Source: Candidatus Woesearchaeota archaeon (GTDB taxonomy: Archaea > Nanobdellota > Nanobdellia > Woesearchaeales > UBA583). Taken from it: a stretch of DNA of 64,000 bases. The notes beneath the pieces were generated by a model that was not told the origin of the DNA, ran no database searches, and saw nothing but the letters and a program-made list of their open reading frames with translations. This document shows, in pieces, positions 27,813 through 36,879 of this stretch; positions within the stretch are counted from its first letter, which is position 1, and every line of letters begins with the position of its first letter. Position numbers and translations under genes: made by a program. The stretch covers positions 4,928-68,927 of the forward strand of contig JAQICV010000049.1 of NCBI GenBank assembly GCA_027858315.1, written 5' to 3'.

Positions 27813-28754
27813 TCAATCATTATCACTACATACGTAGATTTTCATAGTTACTGGCTCATTATTTAAAAAAACTGTATACTTTTGCGCAATCAAATTCTCA
27901 CACTCACCTTCTGCACTCTCAACAACAATTTTATCATCTGTAAACATTTTACTTCGATAATTATCCCAAGTAGGACTACATTGAACTTCTCTACTAGGAT
28001 CCAGAATATCTACAACCCAACTTTCCAAAATAGCACCATCACAACTAAGAGGAACATTTCTACAAGTATTTACCTTTTGAGAGCATAAAGAATAAACTCT
28101 CCCATCAAGTTTACTAGTACAATCCAAATTACATTCAAGAGATGCAAGACTCTCAAACATTCTTCCCCATACAGTATATTCATATTGATTTGTACCATCA
28201 AAAGTAGCATCACAAGAACTAACTACTCCATTTTCAATATCACTAATTTTGAACATACAAGTATAAAGTGCCCTTGAGTAATCATAATTACTAGCTACTA
28301 TATCAAATGTAGAAAATTGGTCTGGAACATCTACACATAATTTTTTAGTATAATACTGCAAAGACGGATTAGAAGAAACAGCAGAAATCAAAAACCTTGA
28401 AGGAGCAATACCAACACGAGAATTAAACTCTGAAGCATAATACAATACATCAACTCCACCATCAGGACAAGATGAAGTAACATCTTCAACACTATAACTC
28501 AAATTTCCAAAATCAGAACCACAACAAAGTACTTCATTATAATACCCTCCATAATTATAAGTTGCAACATTTGAACTCAAGGCTTCAACACCACTTAAGT
28601 CTTTAAAAAAATCATTCACATGAAAAATTTTAACTTCTCCTGTCAAACAACTCGGCTTATATTCACAGGTAACGCTCTCTCCAGCAGAAAAAGAAGAAAA
28701 CGACACCATACTTAGCATGATAAACAAAATAAAAAGCTTTCTAATCATAGTCAA
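27813..28754 (-). CDS. secreted cysteine-rich protein (hypothetical)
   Basis: 313 aa. Sec-type signal MIRKLFILFIMLSMVSFSSFSA and 16 Cys residues. It is the first gene of the pilin-like operon. Confidence 0.5.
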   Translation of the reverse strand: MTMIRKLFILFIMLSMVSFSSFSAGESVTCEYKPSCLTGEVKIFHVNDFFKDLSGVEALSSNVATYNYGGYYNEVLCCGSDFGNLSYSVEDVTSSCPDGGVDVLYYASEFNSRVGIAPSRFLISAVSSNPSLQYYTKKLCVDVPDQFSTFDIVASNYDYSRALYTCMFKISDIENGVVSSCDATFDGTNQYEYTVWGRMFESLASLECNLDCTSKLDGRVYSLCSQKVNTCRNVPLSCDGAILESWVVDILDPSREVQCSPTWDNYRSKMFTDDKIVVESAEGECENLIAQKYTVFLNNEPVTMKIYVCSDND

Positions 28755-28799
28755 ATCCCTAATAAATTATATATATACATTTGTAACTACTTAAAAGAA

Positions 28800-31694
28800 T
28801 CACTTTTTAGAATCTAAACAGATTTCATTAAAATCACAATAAGTACAATTAAAAAAAGAAGGAGTAGGTAAAAATACTTTTTTCTCAATATTACTAATCG
28901 CATCCAAAACTTCTGCCTTCATTTTATCAAAATCAATCTCTGAAACTTCAACCTCAACAAGTTCATCATGAATCAAATACCAGAGTCCAACTTTACTTGG
29001 AAGTTTGCCTCTCAAATGTTCAATTGCAAGTGCATAAACAAAAAGTTGAATGTTCTTTTTTAACTGCATTTTTGTCTCCATACTATTAGAAGTTTTATAA
29101 TCTATAATCACAAAATTATCTCCAACTTTATCAACTCTATCAATAAATCCTAAAATCTTTTTACCTTCAAGATTAATCACAAATTTATCTTCAATTCCTA
29201 TAACTTCTCTAGTCTCATCTTCAGAAAAAAGTTTCTCCTTAAAAATAAATTTCTTAATTACTTCTAATCCTTTTTGAAAATACTCTTTCTCCTGGTCTGC
29301 AGAAGCATAACCTTTTGAAATCCATTTCTCTTTAAGCATAGCAGCAGCCCTCCCATAACAAATCTCAGAAGAAAATTTTCTTATATCAAAAACAAATTCC
29401 TCTAAAACACTATGAACTGAAGTTCCAAAATCAAAATAATGTTTAGACTCTCCAGGAACTCTATAAACATACTGGTATAAATACTTTTTAGGACAAGACT
29501 GATAGGTTTTAATTTGAGAAACAGAATAAACATGAGAAGAAAAATCTACATCAACATCATAAAAAGGATCTTTTTTTTCAATTCTTGTAAAATCTAATTC
29601 ATCTTTATTAAAAAAATAATTCAAATCTTTTTTCGCATACATAAGTTTTAATTTTTCCATATCAGATTTTGCCAAATCAAAATTCTCTGAAATCAAATGT
29701 GAAGTTATTTTATCAATCATTTTAACTTTAATATCTTCTTTAAAATCAAGTTTTAATTCATCAAATTCAACATCATACTTTTCAACATTTAACCCTAAAA
29801 CTTCTAAAAAATTTGAAGGTTTAGAATCAAGTTTATTATCTACAAACCTTCTCACATAAACCAAATCAAGTTCTTTTCTAGACCTTGTAATCCCAACAAA
29901 AAACAATCTATTCTCTTCTTCAACAAATGATTTTTTATCTTCAACACCCAAAATATCAAACTTAGATTTCATGAAATTAGAAGGGAATTTTCTCTCATTC
30001 AAATTAGGCATAATCACATAATCAAACTCTTTTCCTTTAGACGAATGCAATGTCAAAAGTTCAACTTTACTGCCAGATTTCTGTTCAAATTTAATATCAA
30101 GCCTCTTCGAGTTCTCACACACTTTCAAAAAACTAGACAAATTCGAATTTCTATAAACTTTAATATAATCTCTTGCAAACTTAACAAAATTATTAAGTGC
30201 AGAAACTCCCTCAAAATTATTTCCTAAAAATGCTCTTTGAAAATTTCCAAATTTAAAAATTGTCTCCCTTAATAAATCATCAAGTTCCCTTTTAGAATCT
30301 TTAAACTTTATTAAAAAATCTAAATCAGAATAAATCTTTTTCAACACTTCAAAATCTATACCATAATCATCTGATTCTTTCAAATTCATTAAAGTCTTAA
30401 AAATTGATTTTTCATTAAAAGAACTTTTTCTCATAATTTTTCTAACATTCTCATATGAAACAAAGCAATCAGATAAAAATTTAAAATACTCTGAAGTACA
30501 ACCTCGAGGATTTTCAATAATTTTTAATTTATTCAAAACATCTTTAATAATATCTTGTTCAAAAAAATTAATCGCCTCATTCGCATTAAAACTAATCCCT
30601 AAATTTTTCAAGAATTTTGCAGTATTTGTAAGTTCAAATTTCCTCCTAAACAAAACTCCAATTTTTGCTTCAGGTTCTTTTTCTAAAATATTTGAAATTC
30701 TCTGAGCAATAAATGAATCTTGAGAATTAGAATTTGATGCTTCAATTAAAGAGACCTCCCCTTTCTCTTCAAAAACATTTTCTAGAACTTCATCATTTGA
30801 AGCAATATCTAAAACTAATTTATTAATATTATTTAAAACACTCTTAGAAGACCTATAATTCTTATGTAAAAAAACCTCTTCATAATTTTTATAATGCGCT
30901 TTAAAATCTCCTAAATTTGAAAAATTTGCTCCACGAAAAGAATATATGCTCTGTTTTTGATCACCAACAATAGTAATATTTTCTCCAGAAATAAGTTTAA
31001 TGATATCTAATTGAATCTTATTAGTATCTTGAAACTCATCAACTAAAATATATTTATATTTGTTCTTAATCTCATCTCGAACTTCTAAATTATTTTTTAG
31101 TAAATCAAAAACATACAAAAGTAAATCTCCAAAATCCAGATAATTATTCTCTCGTTTATACAATTCATATTTTGAATAAGCTTGAATCAAATCCGATTTC
31201 AAATTAATATCTTCAACTTTTAATTTAACTAAATCTTCTAAAGAGTAACCAAAATCTTTAAGTTTAGAAATTGTTCCAACAATTTCATGTGCAATTTGAA
31301 CATAATTATTCTTCATCTCAAATGAAGTAAATTTCATATCTTTCAAATTATCTAAAAAAAATAAAAGTTGATTAGTCTCATCAATCAAACTAAAGTCTTT
31401 ATCAATCATAGAAATTTGATTCTGATAAGTATCAATAATTTCAAGTGCAAACTCATGAAATGTTTTTGCAAAAAAAGGTCTACTAGTTTTAATCTCAACC
31501 CTCTCAGACATTTCAGCAGCAGCTTTTTTAGTAAAAGTAATCGGAAGGATTTCATCTTCGGAGTATTTTTTTTCTTCAAGCAAAAAATTAATTTTCTCAG
31601 TAATCATGTGAGTTTTGCCAGTACCAGGTCCAGCAATAACTACAAGAGGTTTATCTATAATTTTAACTGCATTTTTTTGCTCAGAATTTAACAT
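28800..31694 (-). CDS. UvrD/PcrA-type SF1 helicase fused to a Cas4/AddB-like PD-(D/E)XK nuclease with a Cys cluster
   Basis: 964 aa. Walker A VIAGPGTGKTHMI, ILVDEFQDTN, LHSSKGKEFDYV and VGITRSRKEL. The C-terminal nuclease has SCPKKY, GFIDRVD...VIIDYKTS, QLFVYALA and CTYCDFNEIC. Confidence 0.85.
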   Translation of the reverse strand: MLNSEQKNAVKIIDKPLVVIAGPGTGKTHMITEKINFLLEEKKYSEDEILPITFTKKAAAEMSERVEIKTSRPFFAKTFHEFALEIIDTYQNQISMIDKDFSLIDETNQLLFFLDNLKDMKFTSFEMKNNYVQIAHEIVGTISKLKDFGYSLEDLVKLKVEDINLKSDLIQAYSKYELYKRENNYLDFGDLLLYVFDLLKNNLEVRDEIKNKYKYILVDEFQDTNKIQLDIIKLISGENITIVGDQKQSIYSFRGANFSNLGDFKAHYKNYEEVFLHKNYRSSKSVLNNINKLVLDIASNDEVLENVFEEKGEVSLIEASNSNSQDSFIAQRISNILEKEPEAKIGVLFRRKFELTNTAKFLKNLGISFNANEAINFFEQDIIKDVLNKLKIIENPRGCTSEYFKFLSDCFVSYENVRKIMRKSSFNEKSIFKTLMNLKESDDYGIDFEVLKKIYSDLDFLIKFKDSKRELDDLLRETIFKFGNFQRAFLGNNFEGVSALNNFVKFARDYIKVYRNSNLSSFLKVCENSKRLDIKFEQKSGSKVELLTLHSSKGKEFDYVIMPNLNERKFPSNFMKSKFDILGVEDKKSFVEEENRLFFVGITRSRKELDLVYVRRFVDNKLDSKPSNFLEVLGLNVEKYDVEFDELKLDFKEDIKVKMIDKITSHLISENFDLAKSDMEKLKLMYAKKDLNYFFNKDELDFTRIEKKDPFYDVDVDFSSHVYSVSQIKTYQSCPKKYLYQYVYRVPGESKHYFDFGTSVHSVLEEFVFDIRKFSSEICYGRAAAMLKEKWISKGYASADQEKEYFQKGLEVIKKFIFKEKLFSEDETREVIGIEDKFVINLEGKKILGFIDRVDKVGDNFVIIDYKTSNSMETKMQLKKNIQLFVYALAIEHLRGKLPSKVGLWYLIHDELVEVEVSEIDFDKMKAEVLDAISNIEKKVFLPTPSFFNCTYCDFNEICLDSKK

Positions 31695-31715
31695 AATAAA
31701 AAATTAAAAAAGAAA

Positions 31716-31724
31716 CTTTATAAA
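31716..31724 (+). promoter_or_regulatory. BRE/TATA element CTTTATAAA of the NUDIX gene
   Basis: Ends 22 nt upstream of the ATG at 31747. Confidence 0.5.
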
Positions 31725-31746
31725 GATTTGGAAGAATAAATTTTAT

Positions 31747-32142
31747 ATGAAAAAAACTTCTAGAATGATAATTATAAAAGATAATAAAATCCTTTTATTT
31801 CATAGATTTAAATTTGGAAAAGAATTTTATGCAATTCCTGGAGGCACAATTGAAAAAGGAGAAACACCAGAAGAAACTGTAATTAGGGAAATAAAAGAAG
31901 AAACAACTCTAGATTTAACAATAGATAAATTTTTATGGAATTCTAATGATGAAATTGGAGCTCATCATTATTTCTTTGCTAAATCGTTTGAAGGAATTCC
32001 AAAACTATCAGGAGAAGAACTAGAAAGACACAATGATACAAACAATAAATATTATTTAGAATGGATAGAATTAAATAACTTGAAAAATATCCCACTCCTG
32101 CCAGAAGAAATTAAAGAAAAAATAATCAAAGAATTTAATTAA
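31747..32142 (+). CDS. NUDIX hydrolase
   Basis: 131 aa. Nudix box GGTIEKGETPEETVIREIKEETTL. Confidence 0.8.
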   Translation: MKKTSRMIIIKDNKILLFHRFKFGKEFYAIPGGTIEKGETPEETVIREIKEETTLDLTIDKFLWNSNDEIGAHHYFFAKSFEGIPKLSGEELERHNDTNNKYYLEWIELNNLKNIPLLPEEIKEKIIKEFN

Positions 32143-32156
32143 AAAAAATTAAAACT

Positions 32157-33941
32157 TCACATTCCCCAAAGACTATTCTCTTTTCTCATAACTTCTGCAA
32201 GTTCTCTCATTGCACTCTTCTCATCAGAAGATAATAAATCAGCACTTTTTTTTAGATTCCTAAAGTTTCCTTCTCCCATAAAAGAATACAATACTGAATC
32301 TTCCTGAGCATGTCTTCCAATAACTAAATCGTCCATAGATACAGCAGCACTCTTACCAAAAGCTAAAGATTTTAAATTTTCTTCTTTATCTTTAATTCCT
32401 TTAATCTTACCTACTTTCTTTCCATAATCTGTAACCAAAGTAACTCCCGATTTTAAAGTTCCACCCATTACCTCAATACCCACAATTGCAGGAGAAGATG
32501 TTCTAAATATACAATTATTCAAGATTTTAATTTTAAAAGGCATTATTAAATTTTCAAGTTTTAATCTATTAATTTCTTTCTCTTTCTTCTTCATCCACTC
32601 AACAGAATCTTCAACTAATTTATATATAATATCATTTGAAATAATATCTACCTTATACTCTTTAGCCATAATATGTAACTCATCATCAATTTTTTGAGAA
32701 AAATTAAGTAAAAGAGCATTCTTAGGAGATCTTTCAACATCAGAACCAACATCAATAATATCTTTTTTACTAATTTTGCCTATTTGCGCTTTTCTAATTG
32801 GAATTTCATGTTCAGCCAAAATATTAGATAAAGCCTCCAAACTTCCAAGTGTATCAGCTTTAACCAAAACTCCTTCATCCTCACTACTAATTGTAATCTC
32901 AGCCTGCTCAGCCTCAAGTTCTAAGATATATTTTTCAACAATTTCTGCTTTTGCATTCTTTCTCAATGTAATAATAGGCATTCCAGCTTTAATATCATTA
33001 AATTCTGGACAGGCAAATTTAATTCCTGCAGCTGCATGAACCTCTTTTACAGCTTTAAATTTTGTAGAACTATCTCTAATCTCCTTTAATTCTCCAGGTT
33101 TTAAAATAGATTTAAGTCTAGATCTTTGAACACAATCAATATCAAGGACTAAAACAATATCGTCGACTTTTGCAACACCATCATATAAAATAACATCAAT
33201 AGTTTTACCCAAACCAACATAATCCTTAACTTCTAAAATAACTCCTTTAGACATCTCCTCATTCTCAATAGTAAGTTTTTTCTCCATATACTTTTGAGTA
33301 AGACCAACTAAAGTTGTCAAAAGTTCAGTAACTCCTTCACCTGATTTTGCAGAAATTGGAACAATTGCAATTTTTTTTGTAAAATCATCCACCCTATCAA
33401 ATCTATCACACTCATATCCATACTCTGAAATCTTTCCTACAATTTCATAAACTTTTTCTTCAACCCTATAAATAACTTCTTGTCTTTGAGACTCAATATT
33501 TTCAATAAGTTTTTTCTTAGAATCACTCTGAAATCCAGGAATATTATCCAACTTATTTGCAGCAACAATAAATGGAGTTTTCATTGATTTTAAAATCTCA
33601 ATTGCTTCAATAGTTTGAGGCATAAAACCTTCATTAATATCTACAATTAAAATTCCAATATCTGAAATAGAACCTCCTCTTTTTCTAAGTGAAGTAAATG
33701 CTTTATGGCCAGGAGTATCAATAAATAAAAGACCAGGAATTTTTACAGCTTCTTTTGGTAAAACTCCTTTAACAATTTTTAAAACATCTTCTTTTGGAAC
33801 TTCAGTTGCACCAATATGCTGAGTAATACCACCTGCTTCTTTTGCAATCATTTTAGAATTTCTAATATAATCTAAAAGAGAAGTCTTCCCATGATCAACA
33901 TGCCCCAGAATTGAAATAATTGGTTGTCTTAAGTAAGCCAT
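32157..33941 (-). CDS. infB: translation initiation factor aIF5B (IF2-type GTPase)
   Basis: 594 aa. ILGHVDHGKTSLLD, FIDTPGHKAF and AANKLD. No intein. Confidence 0.92.
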   Translation of the reverse strand: MAYLRQPIISILGHVDHGKTSLLDYIRNSKMIAKEAGGITQHIGATEVPKEDVLKIVKGVLPKEAVKIPGLLFIDTPGHKAFTSLRKRGGSISDIGILIVDINEGFMPQTIEAIEILKSMKTPFIVAANKLDNIPGFQSDSKKKLIENIESQRQEVIYRVEEKVYEIVGKISEYGYECDRFDRVDDFTKKIAIVPISAKSGEGVTELLTTLVGLTQKYMEKKLTIENEEMSKGVILEVKDYVGLGKTIDVILYDGVAKVDDIVLVLDIDCVQRSRLKSILKPGELKEIRDSSTKFKAVKEVHAAAGIKFACPEFNDIKAGMPIITLRKNAKAEIVEKYILELEAEQAEITISSEDEGVLVKADTLGSLEALSNILAEHEIPIRKAQIGKISKKDIIDVGSDVERSPKNALLLNFSQKIDDELHIMAKEYKVDIISNDIIYKLVEDSVEWMKKKEKEINRLKLENLIMPFKIKILNNCIFRTSSPAIVGIEVMGGTLKSGVTLVTDYGKKVGKIKGIKDKEENLKSLAFGKSAAVSMDDLVIGRHAQEDSVLYSFMGEGNFRNLKKSADLLSSDEKSAMRELAEVMRKENSLWGM

Positions 33942-34013
33942 TTTTTAATAAAATCTCAACATAAGAGATAAATCTAGAAAAAATAAATATACAGATATTT
34001 ATAAATAGTGTGG

Positions 34014-34661
34014 TTAGAATTTTAGAATATAATCAAACAAATCTTTATGACTCTCAAATATTTTATTTGCATTAGTCAATTCTTTCTTCTTTAAAGTTGT
34101 AGTTAAAGCAAAAACATCAATCCCTGCTCTATTCCCAGCCAAGATTCCAGAAGGAGCATCCTCAATAATTACACATTCCTCTCCTTGAGCTTTAAATTTT
34201 TTTTGCGCCATCAAATAAGGTTCAGGATTTGGTTTCCCCTGGGTTACATCATCGGCAGAAATAAGAAAATCAAACATATCCTTAAAATTTTCAAGCACCA
34301 CTCTATCTACTACTTGTCTAATTGCTCCAGAAACAATACACATCTTAACACCTCTAGTTTTTAACTTATTTAAATTTTCAAAAACTCCATCAAAAACACT
34401 TACATGATAATCTCGATTAAAATGAGCAATTTTAGACTTTTTAATTTTTAGTAATTCTAAATCACTAAAATTTTTATTATATTTTTTTGACAATATACTT
34501 ACAGTATCAACAAAGGAAACTCCTCCTAGATGAAATAAGTCATCATCTGAAACATTTATTCCAAATTCTGATAATGCTTTTTTCCAAGCACCTACATGAC
34601 ACTTCATAGAATCAATTAAAACTCCGTCCATATCAAAAAGGATATACTTTTTTTTATTCAT
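34014..34661 (-). CDS. HAD-superfamily hydrolase (beta-phosphoglucomutase-like subfamily IA)
   Basis: 215 aa. ILFDMDGVLIDS, IVSGA and IIEDAPSGILAGNRAG. Confidence 0.8.
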   Translation of the reverse strand: MNKKKYILFDMDGVLIDSMKCHVGAWKKALSEFGINVSDDDLFHLGGVSFVDTVSILSKKYNKNFSDLELLKIKKSKIAHFNRDYHVSVFDGVFENLNKLKTRGVKMCIVSGAIRQVVDRVVLENFKDMFDFLISADDVTQGKPNPEPYLMAQKKFKAQGEECVIIEDAPSGILAGNRAGIDVFALTTTLKKKELTNANKIFESHKDLFDYILKF

Positions 34662-34683
34662 ATAATAAATAGTAATAAAAAAA

Positions 34684-34692
34684 CTTTATAAA
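34684..34692 (+). promoter_or_regulatory. BRE/TATA element CTTTATAAA of the PAP2 gene
   Basis: Ends 21 nt upstream of the ATG at 34714. Confidence 0.5.
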
Positions 34693-34713
34693 TATTCCTC
34701 GTCCAAACTAATT

Positions 34714-35184
34714 ATGATAAATTTAAATTCAATGATAAAAAATATATTCGAAAATACTCTAAATGAACTAGGTCCGCTAGGATCATACCAATTTCATGGA
34801 ATAGTAATAATCTTATTTCTACTAACAAAACAATACACAGAATTTACATTTCTAATTCTTGGATATTTTCTAATTAAAATTTTTGCAATTCCATTTAGAA
34901 TATTAATGTTTAAAGAAAGACCAAAAGCAAAAAAATATACAAATATATTTGAAAAAATCTCTGCAGCATCATTTCCTTCTCTGCACACTGCAAGAACATC
35001 ATTCCTATTATTATTCTTAATAAACTATTTCAATAAAGATTTATACTTCTCATTATTTTTTTCAATAATTACAATTTTAATACTCTATTCAAGAATCTAC
35101 TTTAAGAAACATTACCTCAAAGATATTTTTGTAGGAATATTTTTTGGAGCAATACCCTACTATATCTTGAAATTTTACTTATAA
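34714..35184 (+). CDS. PAP2-family membrane phosphatase
   Basis: 156 aa. Motifs KERPK, FPSLHTA and SRIYFKKHYLKD in a multi-TM protein. Confidence 0.7.
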   Translation: MINLNSMIKNIFENTLNELGPLGSYQFHGIVIILFLLTKQYTEFTFLILGYFLIKIFAIPFRILMFKERPKAKKYTNIFEKISAASFPSLHTARTSFLLLFLINYFNKDLYFSLFFSIITILILYSRIYFKKHYLKDIFVGIFFGAIPYYILKFYL

Positions 35185-35277
35185 AATGCCATACTTGAAG
35201 TACTAACAAACCTTTATATACGCTTTTAACAAAAATATAAATAAGAAGTTGAAAATAATTGCTTCTATTAATCAAAA

Positions 35278-36321
35278 ATGAAAAACATACTAAAAATATT
35301 ATTAATGATATTCCTATTATTTGGTGGAGTTTTAGGGTCAGTTTTTGCTGAAAATGAAACTATCAATGATACAAACATTATAACTAAAATTGTTGAAAAC
35401 CCAATTTTAGAAGAAGATTTAGAAGACGAAGTAGAAGACGAAATGCCAAGTCCTGAAGTTAGAGAAACAAGAGATTTACCTCTTCTAAGACCTGAACAAA
35501 TTGAAGAACAGGAAAGAATAAAAGAAGAAGCTAAAGAAAGAGCTGAAGCATTAAGAGAAAACTATCAAGAGAAAAAAGAAAATTACAGAGAAGCTCAAGA
35601 AAGATACACTAATGCTAAAGATGAATACGAAAAAGCTAAAAATGATTTTGTAGACATTAGAAAAAGTCTTATTGCAAACATAAATAATCCTGAAAAACTT
35701 GCAAAAGACATTGAAAAAGCAAAAGAATTTACAAATAAAGCTCTTGAAAGATTAGTATCCCACTTAGAAAATTTAAAAGAAAGAATTGCTGAATCCGATT
35801 TAGAAAATAAAGAAGAAGCAATTACTGAAATCGATAAAAAGATTGATGAACTAGAAAATGGATTAAAAACTCAAATTAATGAAGCTCAAACTCTTATTGA
35901 ATTAAGAAATGCTGGAATTGAAGTTAAAAATGAATGGGCAAAAACACAACTAGTTATTAAAAAGAATGCAGGAAAATATCTTTGGGAAAAATCAAATAAA
36001 GCTGCAAATACGATTAATGGTTTCACCAATAAACTAGAAACTAAAATCGAAAATTTAAACGAACAAGGAGAAGATACAGCAGAACTAGAAAAATTATTAG
36101 CACAATTACAAGAGAAAAATAAAAACGCTAATACTAAACTAGAAGAAGCAAAAAATAATTTTGAAGATGTATCTGATGCTAAAGAATTTGATAAAGCTCT
36201 AAGAAATGCTAATGAATTAATCAAAAAGACAAATGAAGAACTAAGAGAAGCGCATAAACAAATTAGAGAAATTATGAAAAAATTAGGAAATCAAACTCCT
36301 GAAGAGGTAGAAGAAGAATGA
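35278..36321 (+). CDS. secreted coiled-coil protein (hypothetical)
   Basis: 347 aa. Signal ILKILLMIFLLFGGVLGSVFA, then a long E/K-rich heptad-like sequence. Confidence 0.5.
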   Translation: MKNILKILLMIFLLFGGVLGSVFAENETINDTNIITKIVENPILEEDLEDEVEDEMPSPEVRETRDLPLLRPEQIEEQERIKEEAKERAEALRENYQEKKENYREAQERYTNAKDEYEKAKNDFVDIRKSLIANINNPEKLAKDIEKAKEFTNKALERLVSHLENLKERIAESDLENKEEAITEIDKKIDELENGLKTQINEAQTLIELRNAGIEVKNEWAKTQLVIKKNAGKYLWEKSNKAANTINGFTNKLETKIENLNEQGEDTAELEKLLAQLQEKNKNANTKLEEAKNNFEDVSDAKEFDKALRNANELIKKTNEELREAHKQIREIMKKLGNQTPEEVEEE

Positions 36322-36566
36322 AACTAAAAAATACAATTATGATATTACTAACATTAACATTATTATTATTTGCAGGATGTTCAAAAACTCAAGATGTAAC
36401 TGAGAATAACATTGTTACTGATGAGAATACAAATAATCAAGTTGAAAATGCTAATGTAGAATTAAATGATGAGAGTTTAGATCAACTTGAAGCAGAATTA
36501 GCAGAACTTGATGCACTAGACGAAGAATTGTCCTTAGATGAAGATTTCGATTTAGGATTAAATTAA
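36318..36566 (+). CDS. small acidic lipoprotein-like protein (hypothetical)
   Basis: 82 aa. Lipobox-like LLLFAGCSK. ATGA overlap with the upstream gene. Confidence 0.45.
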   Translation: MKLKNTIMILLTLTLLLFAGCSKTQDVTENNIVTDENTNNQVENANVELNDESLDQLEAELAELDALDEELSLDEDFDLGLN

Positions 36567-36824
36567 TAATAATTTAATATTTTTTATACACGATTTTCTA
36601 TCACACTTAAAATGCTTAGTAACCAAATTTAATTTTTTTGACTCAGACATATCAAGTATATATTGAAACCTTTTCTCATTAGGCATTTTTCTTAATTTTG
36701 TAATCTCACAAATATGACAATAATTTTTATCAATAACTAAAGGACATATAGAAATCTTAAAAAGAATATCATCTATATTAGAACTAGACGAACAAAAAAA
36801 TTTCGGAAATGTATAAGACCTCAT
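36558..36824 (-). CDS. hypothetical Cys-containing protein
   Basis: 88-aa ORF with no recognised motifs. Its 3' end overlaps the convergent upstream gene. Confidence 0.3.
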   Translation of the reverse strand: MRSYTFPKFFCSSSSNIDDILFKISICPLVIDKNYCHICEITKLRKMPNEKRFQYILDMSESKKLNLVTKHFKCDRKSCIKNIKLLLI

Positions 36825-36879
36825 AACTTCGTATGGAATTTAGAATTTATAAAGCTAATTTAATTGAAATTATAAAAAA

